Of a stretch of 64,000 bases of DNA, positions 39,851-53,919 are shown in pieces. The stretch comes from Octopus vulgaris (lineage: Eukaryota). The first letter of the stretch is position 1. Each line of letters opens with the position of its first letter. The position numbers and the translations under genes are program-made. Below the pieces are notes generated by a model that saw nothing but the letters and a program-made list of their open reading frames with translations, was not told the DNA's origin and made no database searches. The DNA is taken from contig OX597825.1 in the NCBI GenBank assembly GCA_951406725.2, positions 1,054,001 to 1,118,000 on the forward strand, written 5' to 3'.

Positions 39851-41019
39851 GATTATCAAATTTCCAAGTAGATTTATTGACATCTTAACATATTGGGAAC
39901 TGAGTCAGTTTATGAAAGAACTTCACAGCATGATAACCACGTGTATTGTTATTTTTTTCCTAATTAGAGGTGATTTTAAATATAATATACTTAATAGTGA
40001 CTTTAAGCTCAGCTGTAAGAAACTAAATTAATGATTATAAAGATTATTACAAAAACTTTTGAAGCACAAAAATGTAGTAGTAAGGTGGTTGGTGTTCCGA
40101 AAGGCGTCCAGCCGTAGAAACCATGCAAGAGCTGGCAGTGGAGGTTGGTGCAGTCCTCTGGCTTGTCAGTTCCTGTTAAACCGTTCAACCCATGCCAGCA
40201 TGGGAGATGGACGTCAACTGATGATGATGATGATGAAAAAAATCTTAAATGCAGTAAGTATAATAAGGAGGCCTCTATATGGCAAAAAAATAGCAACCAG
40301 ATCTACACTTGAAAAATGTTTTGAAAATAAAATAAAAAAAAAACACAGGAAGTCATATAAGAAATGTCTGTGATATGAATCAGGGTTGATCTGAAGCCAA
40401 AACAAGAACATAAAAATTATTGCAGAATCTCCATCCCAACCATTTTTCTTTCTTCAAAAAACAGAACTTTATGAGATCTGTTTCCAGATGTTTATTTCAA
40501 AGTAAAAAATTAGTTTAACCCCAGATCAGTGTTGGTTGGGTCTTCCACTCACAGCCTTCCAGTCCTTCCCTTGCAGCTGTTACTACATCATACACTACTA
40601 TGTCTCTCCCTTTTAATAACTGTAGGAAGTAATTTGATAGAAATTTTGCTGTTATTTCTTATGAGTGGATAAGAGCATAGAAGTGCTCCCACTGGGCCAC
40701 GCCTGTGGGTGAAATTTGGCAGCTAGAAATTATATGGAAGCCTAAAGCACACACATACACTCACAAGACATGTATGTTCTATGCTTGTATCAATTTGCAT
40801 AAAGGTGTAGTGAATATTCTTCTTTGTATTTAAGTCCTTAAGGGGACACATACCACTAAATGGATCTAACTCAATAGGTGAGAGAGCCATTTGCTAAAGA
40901 ACATTTAGAGAATAATTATTGGAGTTGATAGAATTGAACTTTTGATGAAGTAGGCAGCCTACAGGAGAGAGGTTTCTGTGTGTGATTCAGTTATTTTACG
41001 CACACACTCACAAGTGCAG

Positions 41020-41435
41020 ACATGATTGAGTGCTTAAGAGGTTTGCTTTCAAACCGCATGGTTTCAGGTTGAATCACTTTGGACAAGTGCTTTCTATTAT
41101 AGCCTCAAACTGACCAAAACCCTGTTGGGTGGAAACTGAAAGAAGCTTGTCATGTGTGTGTGTGTGTGTGTGTGTGTATGAAGGTGTTTGTGAAGGTGTT
41201 TGTGTCTATTGGTCTTTACATTATATGGTTCTTGCAAATGAGTGTCACCATCACACAAAGGTGTCACTCATTTCCAATTTTCTATGAAAATATGTCCAGC
41301 CATTGGGGAAATATCTTTTTTGCATGAAAACTGATGAGGTGGCAGGAAGGGCATTTGTTCATAGAAAATCTGTATCAACAAATTCCATCTGACCCATGCA
41401 ACCATGGAAAAGTGGACTTTAAAGTAATAATGATA
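41020..41435 (+). mobile_element. Composite SINE (tRNA head, (TG)n, tail ending ..TTTAAAGTAATAATGAT)
   Basis: Head GGTTTCAGGTTGAATC..GGACAAGTG; tail homologous to 44760-45010. Confidence 0.7.
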
Positions 41436-41599
41436 ATAAACAAACACAAATTATTAATATTGCCTGTGCTATCATTTAAGCCAAGTCCGACTTAATCCAA
41501 CGAGCATATGATCAAAGACGTTCAAGTCATCACCAGGAAGTCTTTCTTTTAAGGCATAATGTATCCAGGACTGCAAACATTGGCATCTAATTGAGTATG

Positions 41600-41910
41600 A
41601 CAGGAGATGAGACATGTAGGATGCTAGGGAAACAAGCACCAGAACAATGGTCAGATAACAGATTCATCCTAACAAAACTGAATATGCACATCTGATGCAG
41701 GTAGTGGACCACAAGGGAAGCCAGCCAATAAGCAACTTGGAATGGTACAACAGGAAATAGAACCACAACGAAGACCTGGATGTGAAGTTGAGCCAACTCA
41801 ATGTTGGTGCAAAATGAGCAGATGAGGACCGGGTGGTGTTCAGAGATGTGGTGTACAACAATGCACTCACTCATCTGGGCCAGAACATGCGTGTAGACAC
41901 CAAGATTGAT
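41600..41910 (+). mobile_element. RTE LINE fragment (end of endonuclease/linker)
   Basis: WSDNRFILTKLNMHI ... VVFRDVVYNNALTHLG..HQD motifs, homologous to the 4165-4600 part of the large RTE. Confidence 0.65.
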
Positions 41911-42159
41911 AGGATGAAGATAAAAACAGTTGATGTCTTCAAACAATGCAAGACTAAAATCAGCAAAATGTTTGCTTTTAAATCAGAAGATTTTACTTCA
42001 GATACAAATAAGTGTAACTTTGAAATGAACTTTGGATGGATCTTTTGTAATCTGTTTATGAACGTTTGAGTGTGTGTGTGTGTGTGTGCGTAGATGTGAG
42101 AGAATGAGGGAAATGAAGGAGAAAGAGAGAGAGAGAGGAGAGAGAGAGAGGAAGGAGAA

Positions 42160-42191
<32 letters not shown>

Positions 42192-44695
42192 TTTCATTCA
42201 AGTTCTAAGTTTTACATAGAAGTCAGCTCAATAAATATCAAGCTGAAGAAATTATAATCAATAGGAAATACGAAAATTACAGCAAAAATTCTCGTTTCCT
42301 TTTAGAATTTGACATTTTCATAAAATATTTCTCTTAAATAAAAACATTTTTCCTAAAATTAAAACAGATATTTGAAAAAGACACCCACTTAAACCCTCAT
42401 AAAAATAACATACATTTTTGAATATTCTCCATTAAAATATGGATGTCTCTTTAATATGAAATTAAAGACAATTGGCTTGAAATATTGAAATAAAAGGGAT
42501 ATAACGTTCTTGTAAATTCCTTTGTCTACACAGAAATCCATTTTTAAGTCATCATGATAAATGTAGAAGAATTTCTGAATTTTTGTTTTGATTCCATTCA
42601 AATTCTCTGATCTTCCAAGTAGTATTTTCTTAATGATTACAAACTAGACGGAACAATTGCTTAATGATATATACACGTGTGTGTGTGTGTGTACATATAT
42701 ATATATGCATGAATAAATCATAAATTTTAAAATTTGTCTTTGTGATTCACTCAAGAAAATGAAACAATTCAATCATAATAATTTCTTTCATTAAAGATGT
42801 ATTTACCAAAGAACATCTTTTAGAAGTAATATTGATTAATATCATTTCTCATCCCCTATAAATCTAAGGTAAGGCCTTGTGTCTATGTAAAAACAAAATC
42901 AATAGTGATTAATGTGTTTCCAAAATTTATACTTTTAAATTAATTTGCTGTAAGTGTATGTATAAATATATATAATATCTGTATGTATACACACACACAC
43001 AAACACACACACACAGGTGTGCATAGATATCCATATGTAAATATCAATAAGTGTATGTACATATATATATATAAATACACACACACACACGCACATACAT
43101 ATGCATACATGTTCATGTGTGAGTATCTATATGTGTATGTATATATATACATATATATATACTAAGATACACATGATGTATTCCTACTCCACAAATTAAT
43201 ATGAACATTTACACAGGACACACATACATATACAGATGTGCATGCATATTAATATACATAACTATATATATATATATATATATATACACATGCATGCACA
43301 CAAACATACATATATAACAACATGTATGCACACACGCACATACATCTTCACATGTATTTATAAATATATATCATAATGTAATAATTCTAAACTACATACA
43401 ACTATATCTTATACAGAGACCGATATTACCATGTACAGAAGTTGGGATAAAGAGAGAAGACATAATTACATCCAGTGTTAACAGTTTGTCCAAGTTTTGC
43501 CAAACAACTGGTCAGAACAAGTTCGACCTTCTTCTATTTGAATGTGTTTCACTTTTGATTTATACTTGTCCCCTTGAACAAATGTCATCTTCTTTAGCCT
43601 CCGGCCACTCGAAGCCTTCTCAGTGGATATGGTAGAGAGAAAGTGAAAGAGGCCTATCTTGTTTATATATGCATGAGTGGACAAATGAAAGTGAATGGCA
43701 CTCAACATATTTGATATGGGTTACATTTATTATTTACAACAGTTTGATTCGATTATGCAGTTTAAAATTCTGTCGGCTCATAGAATGAACCGAAGTTCCT
43801 AACTCAGACAGCATGGAAAACGGACTGCTGAGGAGTACAAGATGGCTTCCGAGTATCGGGCTGTGGTGGGCCAACATGGACCACATGGTGTTATCCCTTT
43901 AGCAGTGACATCAGTTACTGGTTAGGATTCATAGAAACATGTGCTAGGACAGGATGTTAGTGGTGACTCACAGCCTCAGGAACGGGGGTCAGCAGGCTGC
44001 TAGTCTGTATGCATGCACGTGAGTGTGAGCCTGATACATGCATGCATGGCTATATACGTGCATGTATGGTTATGTATGTGAGTGTGTGCAAATATGTGTG
44101 TGTTCTAGATGTTATGTATGCATGTGTACTTGATGTGTGAGTGTGTGTGTCAAGTATGTCTGGGTGTGTATATATGTGTGTGGATCTGTATACATATACA
44201 TATATATATATATATCTGCTGTGTGCATGTATGAGTGCATGTGGGTGCATTTCTGTATGTGTGTATGTGTTTGTGCATGTGTGTTTGTGTGTGTGCATGT
44301 GTGTGTGTGTGTGTGCATGTGTATTTGTGTGTGCTAGTGCATTATATCCATTGCCATGTAGTGGCAACAGCAACCTGGAAGGAGTAACTGGATTCATTGA
44401 TGGGTTAAAATTTGGTGATATCAGTAAAGAAAGCTTATAAATACACATATCGACGACGCACGCACACACACACACACACACATACACACACATACATACA
44501 TATATATATATATATGTGACTCTTTCCAGGCACAACAAAATTTGTTTCAACACATGAATTCACATACAGAATCTTGCAAACCTGATACAAAAATGTTGTT
44601 GTGTCTGGGGAGGGTCATACTGCCTTAATATCTAACACACCCACTGGTTCAATTTTCACTCATTTATTATTTATTTATTTACCCTTCCAAGACCT

Positions 44696-44728
<33 letters not shown>

Positions 44729-45524
44729 GTATGTATGTATGTGTGCATGTGTGTGTGTGTGCATGCATGTGTGTTACTGTCTCCATGTCATGTTATAATT
44801 GTGAATTAGAGTCACTGTCGTGCAAGCAGCATTCTTTGTTTCCAGTCTTCCATGAAAACATGTCAGGTGATAGAAAACTATAATCTTCCCTGGAAACAGG
44901 TGAGGGTTGATGACAGGAAGGACATCCAGTTGTAGAAAGTTTGCCTCGACAAATTTCTATCTGACTCATGTGAGCCTGGAAAAGTGGAAGTTAAACTGAT
45001 GAAGATGATGGCATAAAATATATATTGTTTAATTACTGATGAGTCATCAAAAGCACAAATATAAAAGCTCCGTTATCCACCAATGGATTAGTGTGATTCA
45101 TGAATGCTTTCTGTATCAGCTGATCTGTGCTGTTGATTTCAGAAGAAAGTCAGGCATTGCTTCATGAAACACGCTGTCAGAACATCCTTCCTTTGTTTGC
45201 TCTGCAAAAATGTGGAAAGAATGAGTTTACATTCTTATTGCACCTGCAGCAAAGAGGAGTTTGAATATATCTCAATTCCAATGGTTTTCAGTGTGTTGTG
45301 TGCATATGTGTGTGTGTGTGTATCAAAATCAAATCAAATGGAAATTGTAGTTGTGACCCCTGTGCTGGTAGCATGGAAAAAGCACCGTCAAAACGTGGCT
45401 GATGCCAGTGCTGCTGCCAGATCAGATTGGGGCCTGGTGCAGCTTCCTGGCTTCCCAGACCCCAGTTGAACCGTCCAACCCATACCAGCATGGAAAACGG
45501 ACGTTAAACGATGATGATTATATA

Positions 45525-46197
45525 TCATATTTTGCTAAGAATAAGCCATTGTACTTGACATTTGTTGATCTGAAGAAAACCTTAAAAAAAGTAGCTGGCT
45601 GTGATACGGTGGTTTCTGTGGAAGCTAGAGTTAGATGAGTGGCTTGTAAGAGCAGTACGAGCCATGTACAGGTGTGTTGTTAGCAAGGTAAGAGTTGGCC
45701 ATGAGTACAGTGATGCATTCAGTATTAGGTAGGTGTTTACGAAGGCCAGATTCTCAGCTCCATCCTATTCGTCATCATCTTCCAGAAGCAAAACGTGGAA
45801 GCGAAGAGCCTTAAAGTTAACATAGCAAACAAGATAATGGATAGGACCCTACCCACTCCAAGTAAACGGCCCTGCTTCATATGTAGAAAATGTGTTGGCA
45901 GGAATTGCACATAGTGTACTCAGTGCAAACTTTGGACGCACAAGAGGTGCAGTGGAATAATAAGATGGTTAATAGTGTGTGTGTGTGTGTGGAAGCTGCA
46001 CAAGAGTCATAAAGTCTATAGATACATGACAACTTGATTTTCTCAAATGCTCCAGAGACTCTCTAGAGGTAGATGATAATTTCTGCTCCCTAGGTGACCT
46101 TAATTAGCCGTGGAGGAGGAGGTACCAAAAGTGTAATTGTTAGAATATGAATAAGATGGAGTAAGTTCAGAGTTCTTTTGTTTCTGTTGGCAACCAG

Positions 46198-46233
<36 letters not shown>

Positions 46234-46690
46234 GATGAAAGGAAAGTGTGATGCATGTGTATGAACAGCAATGCTACATGGTAGTGAGACGTGGACCCTG
46301 AATGCAGAGGACATGCAAAGACTAGAAAGAATGAAGCCAGTATGCTCTGCTGGATGTGCAATGCCAGTATGCATGTGTGACGGAGCACAAGAATATTAAG
46401 AGAAAAGTTAGGTATAAGAGGAATTAGCAGAATGCAAGAGAGAAGAAGAGTGCATTGGTTTGGTCATGTGATGCATGTGGATGAGGAGAGTTGCATAAAG
46501 ATGTGCCTATCAAAGTGGATGGAACTTGTGGAAGAGGGAGACCCCAGGAAGACATGGGATGAAGTACTAAAGGCTGATATCAAGACACTTAACCTTATGA
46601 ATGAGATGACAAAGGACTGAGGTATCTGGTGCCTTGCTGTACTCAAGATAATCCATCCACCACCACAGAGTTGATATCCTAGAATCACCT
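45525..46690 (+). mobile_element. Decayed RTE-clade LINE RT/C-terminus with a PHD-like Cys/His insert
   Basis: YFAKNKPLYLTFVDLKK, LKVNIA, CFIC..CTQCKLWTHKRC..CGSC, LEVDDNFCSLGD, LHGSETW, REKLGIRGI..WFGHVM, PRKTWDEV. Confidence 0.85.
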
Positions 46691-47689
46691 TAGTAATGGT
46701 TGCTGGTGAGGGGTTCTGCCCCTCCCTCACCTGTCCTCTCTTCCCTTGACAACTTCCCCTTGCACATACACCCATCACTCCTCCATCTGCTGAGAGCAGA
46801 ATAGGCACACACTACATCCCTCTCGCTTCCTCACTTAACTTTCCTCTCCATCCCAAACCACTTTCACTTTCGTTTTCTATTAGCTTCCCTTGCCCAATTC
46901 CCTCCTTTCTCTATCTTCTCTTCCTTCCTCCTCCTGCTTTTCTCAATCATTAACACCTGAATGTTCTCTGCTGCAATTCTTGCCTCTAAGCTTCTCTATT
47001 GCTCTCCATCATTTGCAACAGTAACTTCTATCCTGCTCACTCACCCGGTTCAAACCTCTGTATCACCTCACCTGTTATCACCACTCCCAGTGTCCCTTGA
47101 AGACATGTCCCAACACATCTTTGCCATCACCTCCTTCACTCCTCACTCACTTTTATCTTACTCTTTTACTCACTCACCTTTCTTATCCAACTCAGGTATC
47201 CATGTATCTACATCTACAGTAAGACACTCATTTCTGTCCCTCTTCAATCTCTCGACTGGCACAAAGCCACCCATCTCAACACTACTCCTCCCCCCACTAC
47301 CAGTTGAGGGGGTTTTGCTTTTTTTTGTCTTGTAAGTTACTAGGTGACAGTGTTATGTAAAGAGCACTGGTGTTGATGCTGCATAAAAAGCACCCAGTAC
47401 ACTCTGTAAAGTTTTTGGCATTAGGATTAGGATGGAATCTTCAGCAAACGATGCCAAATCAGACAAGGAAGCTTGCTATGGTGCTTGGTTTTGCCAGCTC
47501 CTGCCAACCAGTCCAATTCATGCCAGCATAGAAAGCAGACGTGTTTATCCTTCTCTTTCCTCATCTGTCCTTTCCATAGGCAAACGGTATGCTTGAAGTG
47601 TTAAAAGAATTCTTCTGTAATTTTCCAGAGCTTCAACCTAATACACCCTGTTTTTTCTTTATTTTCTCTTTGTTGTCTTTATTCTTACA

Positions 47690-47739
<50 letters not shown>

Positions 47740-48205
47740 CCAGCCCTCAGTCAAATCGTCCAACCCATGCTAGCATGGAAAGCGGACATTAAAGGATGAT
47801 GATGATGATGATGATGATGATATATATATGGAATCTGGTTTAGCTGTTTCTCTCACAAGCCAGTATGACCTTGTACCACACTTTCACTAATTGTTTCAGG
47901 TACCTATGGAGTTGCAAGTAGTTGCAGATTGTCTTCTATGCTTTTTCTCTTTGTCTTTGACTCTGTCTGTCTGTCTGTCTGTCTGTCAGTCTGTCTGTCT
48001 CTCTCTCTCTCTCTCACACACTCTCTCCTTGCATGTATACCCATAAACGCACATATGATATGTGTGTTGGATGCAAACTTCAAAAGTATAAGCATGTTTA
48101 TTTGAACATAATTATTACAGCATTACTAGACCATATATGTGTGTGTGAGATAGAGAGGGGGAGATGCAGAGGGGGAGGGGGAGAGGGGGAGAGTGGGAAG
48201 GTGGA

Positions 48206-48236
<31 letters not shown>

Positions 48237-48671
48237 TGGCATCATTGTTCCAAATAAATCAGAGACATTCAGTGAAGTTTCTAAAGAGATATTTACTAAT
48301 GGATTTCCTTTTATCTTCTCTTTTCCATTTCTTATTCATAATATCTTTTAATCTTATTCAGAAGAATGCAATACATTAGGATTTTAAAAATTTCCACAGA
48401 TTTTATTTATAGACATTATTTTCTAAGAAAAAAAAGAAGATAATAATTTACTTTTACATGATCTTACAGGAATGCACATTTCTTTCAGTGCACCTTCATG
48501 TGTGCATATCAAAAACCATGTGTATGCAAATGTTTCTCATACATGCATATTGCAATTCACGTTCCTATGTTGCACATCCAGGATGTATTTTTGAAATGTG
48601 TGTTGCAAGATAAACATACCTAGTCTACATGTGCTTGTTTGTTTTTATTTATTTGGTTCATGAGTATTTGG

Positions 48672-48672
48672 T

Positions 48673-48743
<71 letters not shown>
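48672..48743. repeat. (TCA)n trinucleotide microsatellite
   Basis: Directly visible. Confidence 0.95.
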
Positions 48744-48928
48744 TATTATTAAGTAATCTTATTTTTATTGCATACTATCACTGCACAACACAGCGCATCT
48801 CTGTGCACCTTCAGTATGCTTTGTTTAGATTCTGTGCAATGTATTTTCTATTGAAATACTTGATACAATATGTGTGCAGTGCCTTGCCTGAGCCACACTC
48901 TACATGTTACAGAAATTAGTAGGTCCTC

Positions 48929-48985
<57 letters not shown>

Positions 48986-48991
<6 letters not shown>

Positions 48992-50220
48992 GTTATTCAA
49001 AAAGAATGAACCGATTACATTACACGATATTTTAATAAGGAAAAGCAATTGAAAACTGCAGCTAAGTCACAAGTATTTACTCACAATCAACTTTTACTTC
49101 CTGTCTTACAAGAGTTCAATGTGGCCACCACCTGCAGCATGGGCAGCATCTATGCGATAAGAGAATTCCTCCCAGATGTGTATCAACATATCATGATCCA
49201 CTGAGTTGATTGCTTTTGTTATTTGATGTTTAAGTTCACAGAGGTTAGTCGGGAGCGGTGGAACATAAACACAATATTTTACATATCCCCACAAGAAAAA
49301 ATCACACATGGTGAGGTTTGGGGATCTCACAGGCCAAGCACAAAGAACAAGGTCTTGGGCCCCTTTCTGACCGATTCATCACTGGGACACTTTTCCATTT
49401 AAAAAAAGCTCAAATCATCAGGTGCCAATGGAGCGGTGCACCATCTTGTTGAAAAATAAATTCATGCAAATCTGCTTACAGTGAAGTGAAGATCCAGTTT
49501 TGGAGCATATCAAGATAGGTTTGTCCTGTAATGGGGTTTCCTTCAAAGAAAAAAGGACCAAAAACAGCACAGACGATATTCACCTTATTCTCTTTCATGC
49601 TCAACTGTTTTATGTGGGTTCTCTGTTCCCCAAATATGCACATTGTGACGATTGACTGTGCCACTCAAGTGAAAAGTCACTTCATCACTAAAAATTAAAT
49701 GTGAAATGAAGGTTTCATCTTCCATCATCTCCAGCATCGATTTGCAAAATTCCATCTGCTTCCTCTTGTAATTATTGGTAAGTGCCTGAATGAAGCGTAG
49801 TCTGTATGGTTTCAAATGTAGACATCTTCTTACCACACATCAGATCGTGGATTGAGGGATTGTAAGCTCATGGCTAGCTCGATTTGTGGACTTCCATGGG
49901 TTCCTCTCAAACACGGCACAGATTCTCGCCACATGTTTCTCCGAAACTCATGGTCATCCTGGACTTTTTCCTTTACACAGATACCCACTCTCTTGAAACG
50001 GTTGAAACCACCATTGAATGTTCTTAGGAGAGGGGGGATTAATGTTGAATTGTCTTCGAAAAGCATACTGCCCCATGACAACCAAATTTGTTTTCACAAA
50101 CTTGAGGAAGCAGAATGCCTTTTGCTGAGGATGTATGTTGTGTGCTGTTCAAGGAAACAATATCCAGTGAGAGAAGAGCTTTATGGAAATATCTCTAACA
50201 TGTCATCAATCATTTGAGGG
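48986..50220 (-). mobile_element. Decayed Tc1/mariner-superfamily transposon, rosa/DD41D-like
   Basis: PQQKAFC..F, LHLKPYRL, IFSDEVTFHLSGTVNRHNVHIWGTENPH, GPFFFEG, FQQDGAPLHW, WPVRSPNLTMCDFFLWGYVK, GGGHIELL; TIR-like TA|CAGAGTTATTCAAAAAGAATG at 48986; the other TIR not seen. Confidence 0.92.
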
Positions 50221-50516
50221 GGACAAGATACGCTGGTCACTACTTTCGAAACAAAGATGAATTAGTAAGTTCCTTCTGTGGATCCTGAGTGATGGGAATC
50301 CTTATGTGGGACAATCCAGAAAAATGTATATTGATCAGCTATCACATGTTGAGTTACTAAAAGGACTTCAAAGAGAAAAAAATATTATGGAAGACAGGAA
50401 CACTCGGATAGAAAGAGCAACATTGGTGTTGTCAACCTATCCAAAATGATAGATTTCTGCTGTTAACAAGTTTTTAGTCATAGCTATTTGAAGATCTTAT
50501 TATCTGGATAAATTTA

Positions 50517-50730
50517 AGGTGGTGAGCAGGCAGAATTGTTAGCATGCAGGGCAAAATGCTTAGTGGCATTTCGCCTGTTGCTATGTTCTGAGTTCAAATT
50601 CCTTCGAGGTCAACTTTGCCTTTCATCATTTCAGGGTTAATAAAGTAGGGACCAGTTGAGCTTTGAGGTTGATTTAATCAATTTATCCCCTACCCGAAGC
50701 TGCCGGCCTTCTGCCAAAAAGTGAAACCAA
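50517..50730 (+). mobile_element. SINE family C
   Basis: Homologous to 27000-27225. Confidence 0.85.
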
Positions 50731-51220
50731 TATTTGGAGAATTTCTGTATTTGTTTTAGACCTAAATTATCATCAGTTTGAAATAATAATTATTCGCTTT
50801 CTTTTCCTTTGCTTCATTTTGTCAGTAATATTGTAAGATTGGTGGAGATTCCTGTTGATGTTTCCAATGAATTGACCTGATCCTGAATCACCAATGTTGT
50901 TGCTTCTGCTTTTTAATTCAAGTCAGAAAAAGAGTTTTTCGATTTAAACAGGTTGTAAAATTATTAGCCATTTCAAAGACACTTTTATAGATGTTCATAA
51001 TGGTTGACATAATATGTATATATAATATCATCTTCTACTTGTGTCTTTAATTAATGTGTGGCCATGCTGGTGCACTGCATTGAAGGGGTTTGTAAAACGA
51101 TCTCAGAACTTAGTTTAATATTATTCTATCAGTCTCATTTGTCAAACCACTAAGTTAGGGAATGGGAATGAACTGACACCAAGCAGTTGCAGTGGGACAA
51201 AACCAAATATAAAGCAAAAG

Positions 51221-51252
<32 letters not shown>

Positions 51253-52446
51253 GAGAGGCTTTCACACAGTTTCTATCTCCCATCGGTCAACTCGGGGCTT
51301 TGGTTGTAAAGCTAGCTTCTTAACTACACAGCCATCCCTGTGCTTATAAAATACAATACATACATATATGCATATTTTCACACACACACGCATATACATG
51401 TGTGTGTATATATAATGTTCATGTTGAATTATTACTATTATATGATATGTACATAATACAGAGCTATGACATAATTTTAACTATTATGTTTAGAAAATTG
51501 TGACATTGTGTAATAAAATCTCTGGTGAAGCACAGGGGGCTGGGGTTGGAGAAGATGATAATTCTTTTAAAAAATCTCTTATCAAGAAAATAAGAAGAGA
51601 AACGCCTCTCAGTACGACTATTTTGTTAAACAATGGATTTTATTCCAATTCTATTTCATTTTTGTAAAAGAGACTTTTTCATGGTTATTCACTTTTGCTC
51701 AACACCCTACAAGAGTGCGTAGATGAGAGTTAAAAATTTACAATATATCTATTTTTTTCCTTTCGCTTTTTAGCCACAGACATCTTTAGAACTATTGTGT
51801 CTCGATATAGCTAGATGTTTCCTGGTGCTATGTGTTTTCTACAGAACATTGAGAATTTAATTATTAAGTTAAAGTACGGTTAGTTTGCTGGGGTCCAACA
51901 GTTAGTCATTGTCAAAAGGTTAGCTTTCTATTCTTTGGCAAAAAGAAAAAGAAAAATTTCGAAACCATTCGGTCGATGCACATCATGCGTGCACATCCAT
52001 ACACTTACACACTCACATGCACACATATATAGACACACATTCTCAATCACATACACACTCCTATGCTCACACACATTCACATGCATATATTCATTAAAAA
52101 ACTCATGTTTGGGTATGTATAGATGGTTCTTTGTAGTAAAATAATACATTTTGAATCTACTAAAAATATTACATTTAATACACATAATACAATATAGTGT
52201 GATATTTTATAAAATCATCTTTCTGTCTTTCACTGATAATAGTCATTGGATTGTGGCATTGCTGGGACATCACCTCAAAGAGTTTTAATCAGTTCTATTA
52301 ATCCTGGTACTTGTGAAGTATTTATTTTATCGCCCTCTATTTATCAAATTACATCAACATCAGAGACATAACACAGCTAACAAAATGGCACAAGGTATTG
52401 TTGTTTGATGCATGGCTTTAACAGTTAGCCATTCATCAATATATAT

Positions 52447-53231
52447 TGTTGTGGCAAATACCCACCAAGTGAGAGGTGGGCTGTTCCACTACTGATAAAT
52501 AGTGGACAGACACAGCAAGTGGTGTCAGTCTGTGAAGTATTTTTGTTAGTGTTAAATCATTTTTGGTTCTGGTTGACTAAGTCGAATTGTGCTTTGTTAA
52601 AACAGTTACTGCTTGAGAGTGGGGTTCAAGCAGCCATTACATCCTCATTAATTATTATTTATCTCTCATTCATTCCTTTTATGCTTTTTGTCCCCACTGT
52701 GGTGTTCTGTCTGACCTTGTGCCGTCTCCATCTGTATCATGGCCTATGTGCCAAATAAAGAAATAGAGTCAGTGAGGTGTGTCGTACGAACAAGTCATGC
52801 AGACAAGGAATTACTTTGTCATAATGTGGGACATATCAGTGGCAATGAGAATACCACCCACTGTATAACAGTGTCATTATGACCGTGGTAACAAAGTTAC
52901 AAACACTTGTAGGGGTGTCAAACTGGAAGAACTACACATGGTGAAAAATTTGAAGGATTTAAGTCAAGTTGCTATGTGTTAGTAGCGCTACCGGTAAGCA
53001 ATGTAGACCAGTACTACCTGTGGCCTTCTGAAGAGAAAAATAATGTGTGAAAGAAGAAAAAAAACAAATCTCAAAGGTGGGATGTGTTGTGGTGGACACC
53101 CCCAAGTGAGAGGTGGGCTGTTCCACTACTGATAATGGACAGACACAGCAAGTGGTGTGAGTTGGTGAGATATGCCGTAAGGGCCAGCCATGCAGACAAT
53201 GAAATACATCGTCATAATGTGGGACATATCA
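52447..53231 (+). mobile_element. Miniature non-coding LTR retroelement (TRIM-like)
   Basis: Direct repeats TGTTGTGG..GGACATATCA at 52447-52838 (with extra ~240 bp) and 53085-53231; PBS-like TGGCAATGAGAAT at 52840; purine tract AAAGGTGGGATG before the second repeat; TATAT on both flanks. Confidence 0.75.
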
Positions 53232-53919
53232 TATATACATGTATAAATATATCGATATCTGTCTATCTATCTAAATGTATACACACACACACACACACTT
53301 GCCAATGCCACATTAAAAGCATTTAGCACACACTGTAAAGTAGTTGGCATTAGGAAGGGTAGAAACCCCACCAAATTAGACTGCAACCTGGTGCAGCTCT
53401 ACAGCTTACCAACTCTGGTCACACCATCCAACTGATGCTAGCAGAAAATGGATGTTAAAGATTGATGGTGATGATGAGCACACACACACACACATACACA
53501 CACACATGCACACACACACACACACATACACACACATACACATTTGGACACTGAAAGAAATTTGTACTTTAGGAAACTTCAATCCATACCAACAAGGAAG
53601 ACAGACATTAAATGATGATGATGATGATTATATTGAACTGATTACAATAAAATCCTTCTCCATTTCAGTTTTTTCCCCCTTTTCTCTAAGCAGCAATCAT
53701 AATGTTGTGCGTGTGTGTGTGTGTGCTTGGTTCATTGTATTCCTACGACCATTGTACTCATAATGAAAATAGTTAAGATAACAATTAGCAGCCTTGAAGC
53801 AAAGACAGAAGTGTGATTTTGATTAACTCATCTATTTTATTTCATTGAAGAAGAGAAAATATTTCTTACTTGTTTAGTTGCTTCTTAGCAATAATGTTTA
53901 ACAATAGAAACATATTTAT

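Noticed and set aside
41587-42069. Overlapping ORFs suggesting a host gene
   Set aside because: Explained by an RTE LINE fragment on the plus strand
44050-44553. His/Thr- or Cys/Val-rich ORFs (also near 38446, 42940, 57500)
   Set aside because: Degenerate (CA/TG/TA)n microsatellite translations
45036-45070. Isolated CTGATGAG motifs (also 10143 minus, 30862, 38343 minus)
   Set aside because: No properly placed stem II, GAAA and stem I partners
48629-48919. Poly-Ser ORF
   Set aside because: (TCA)n microsatellite
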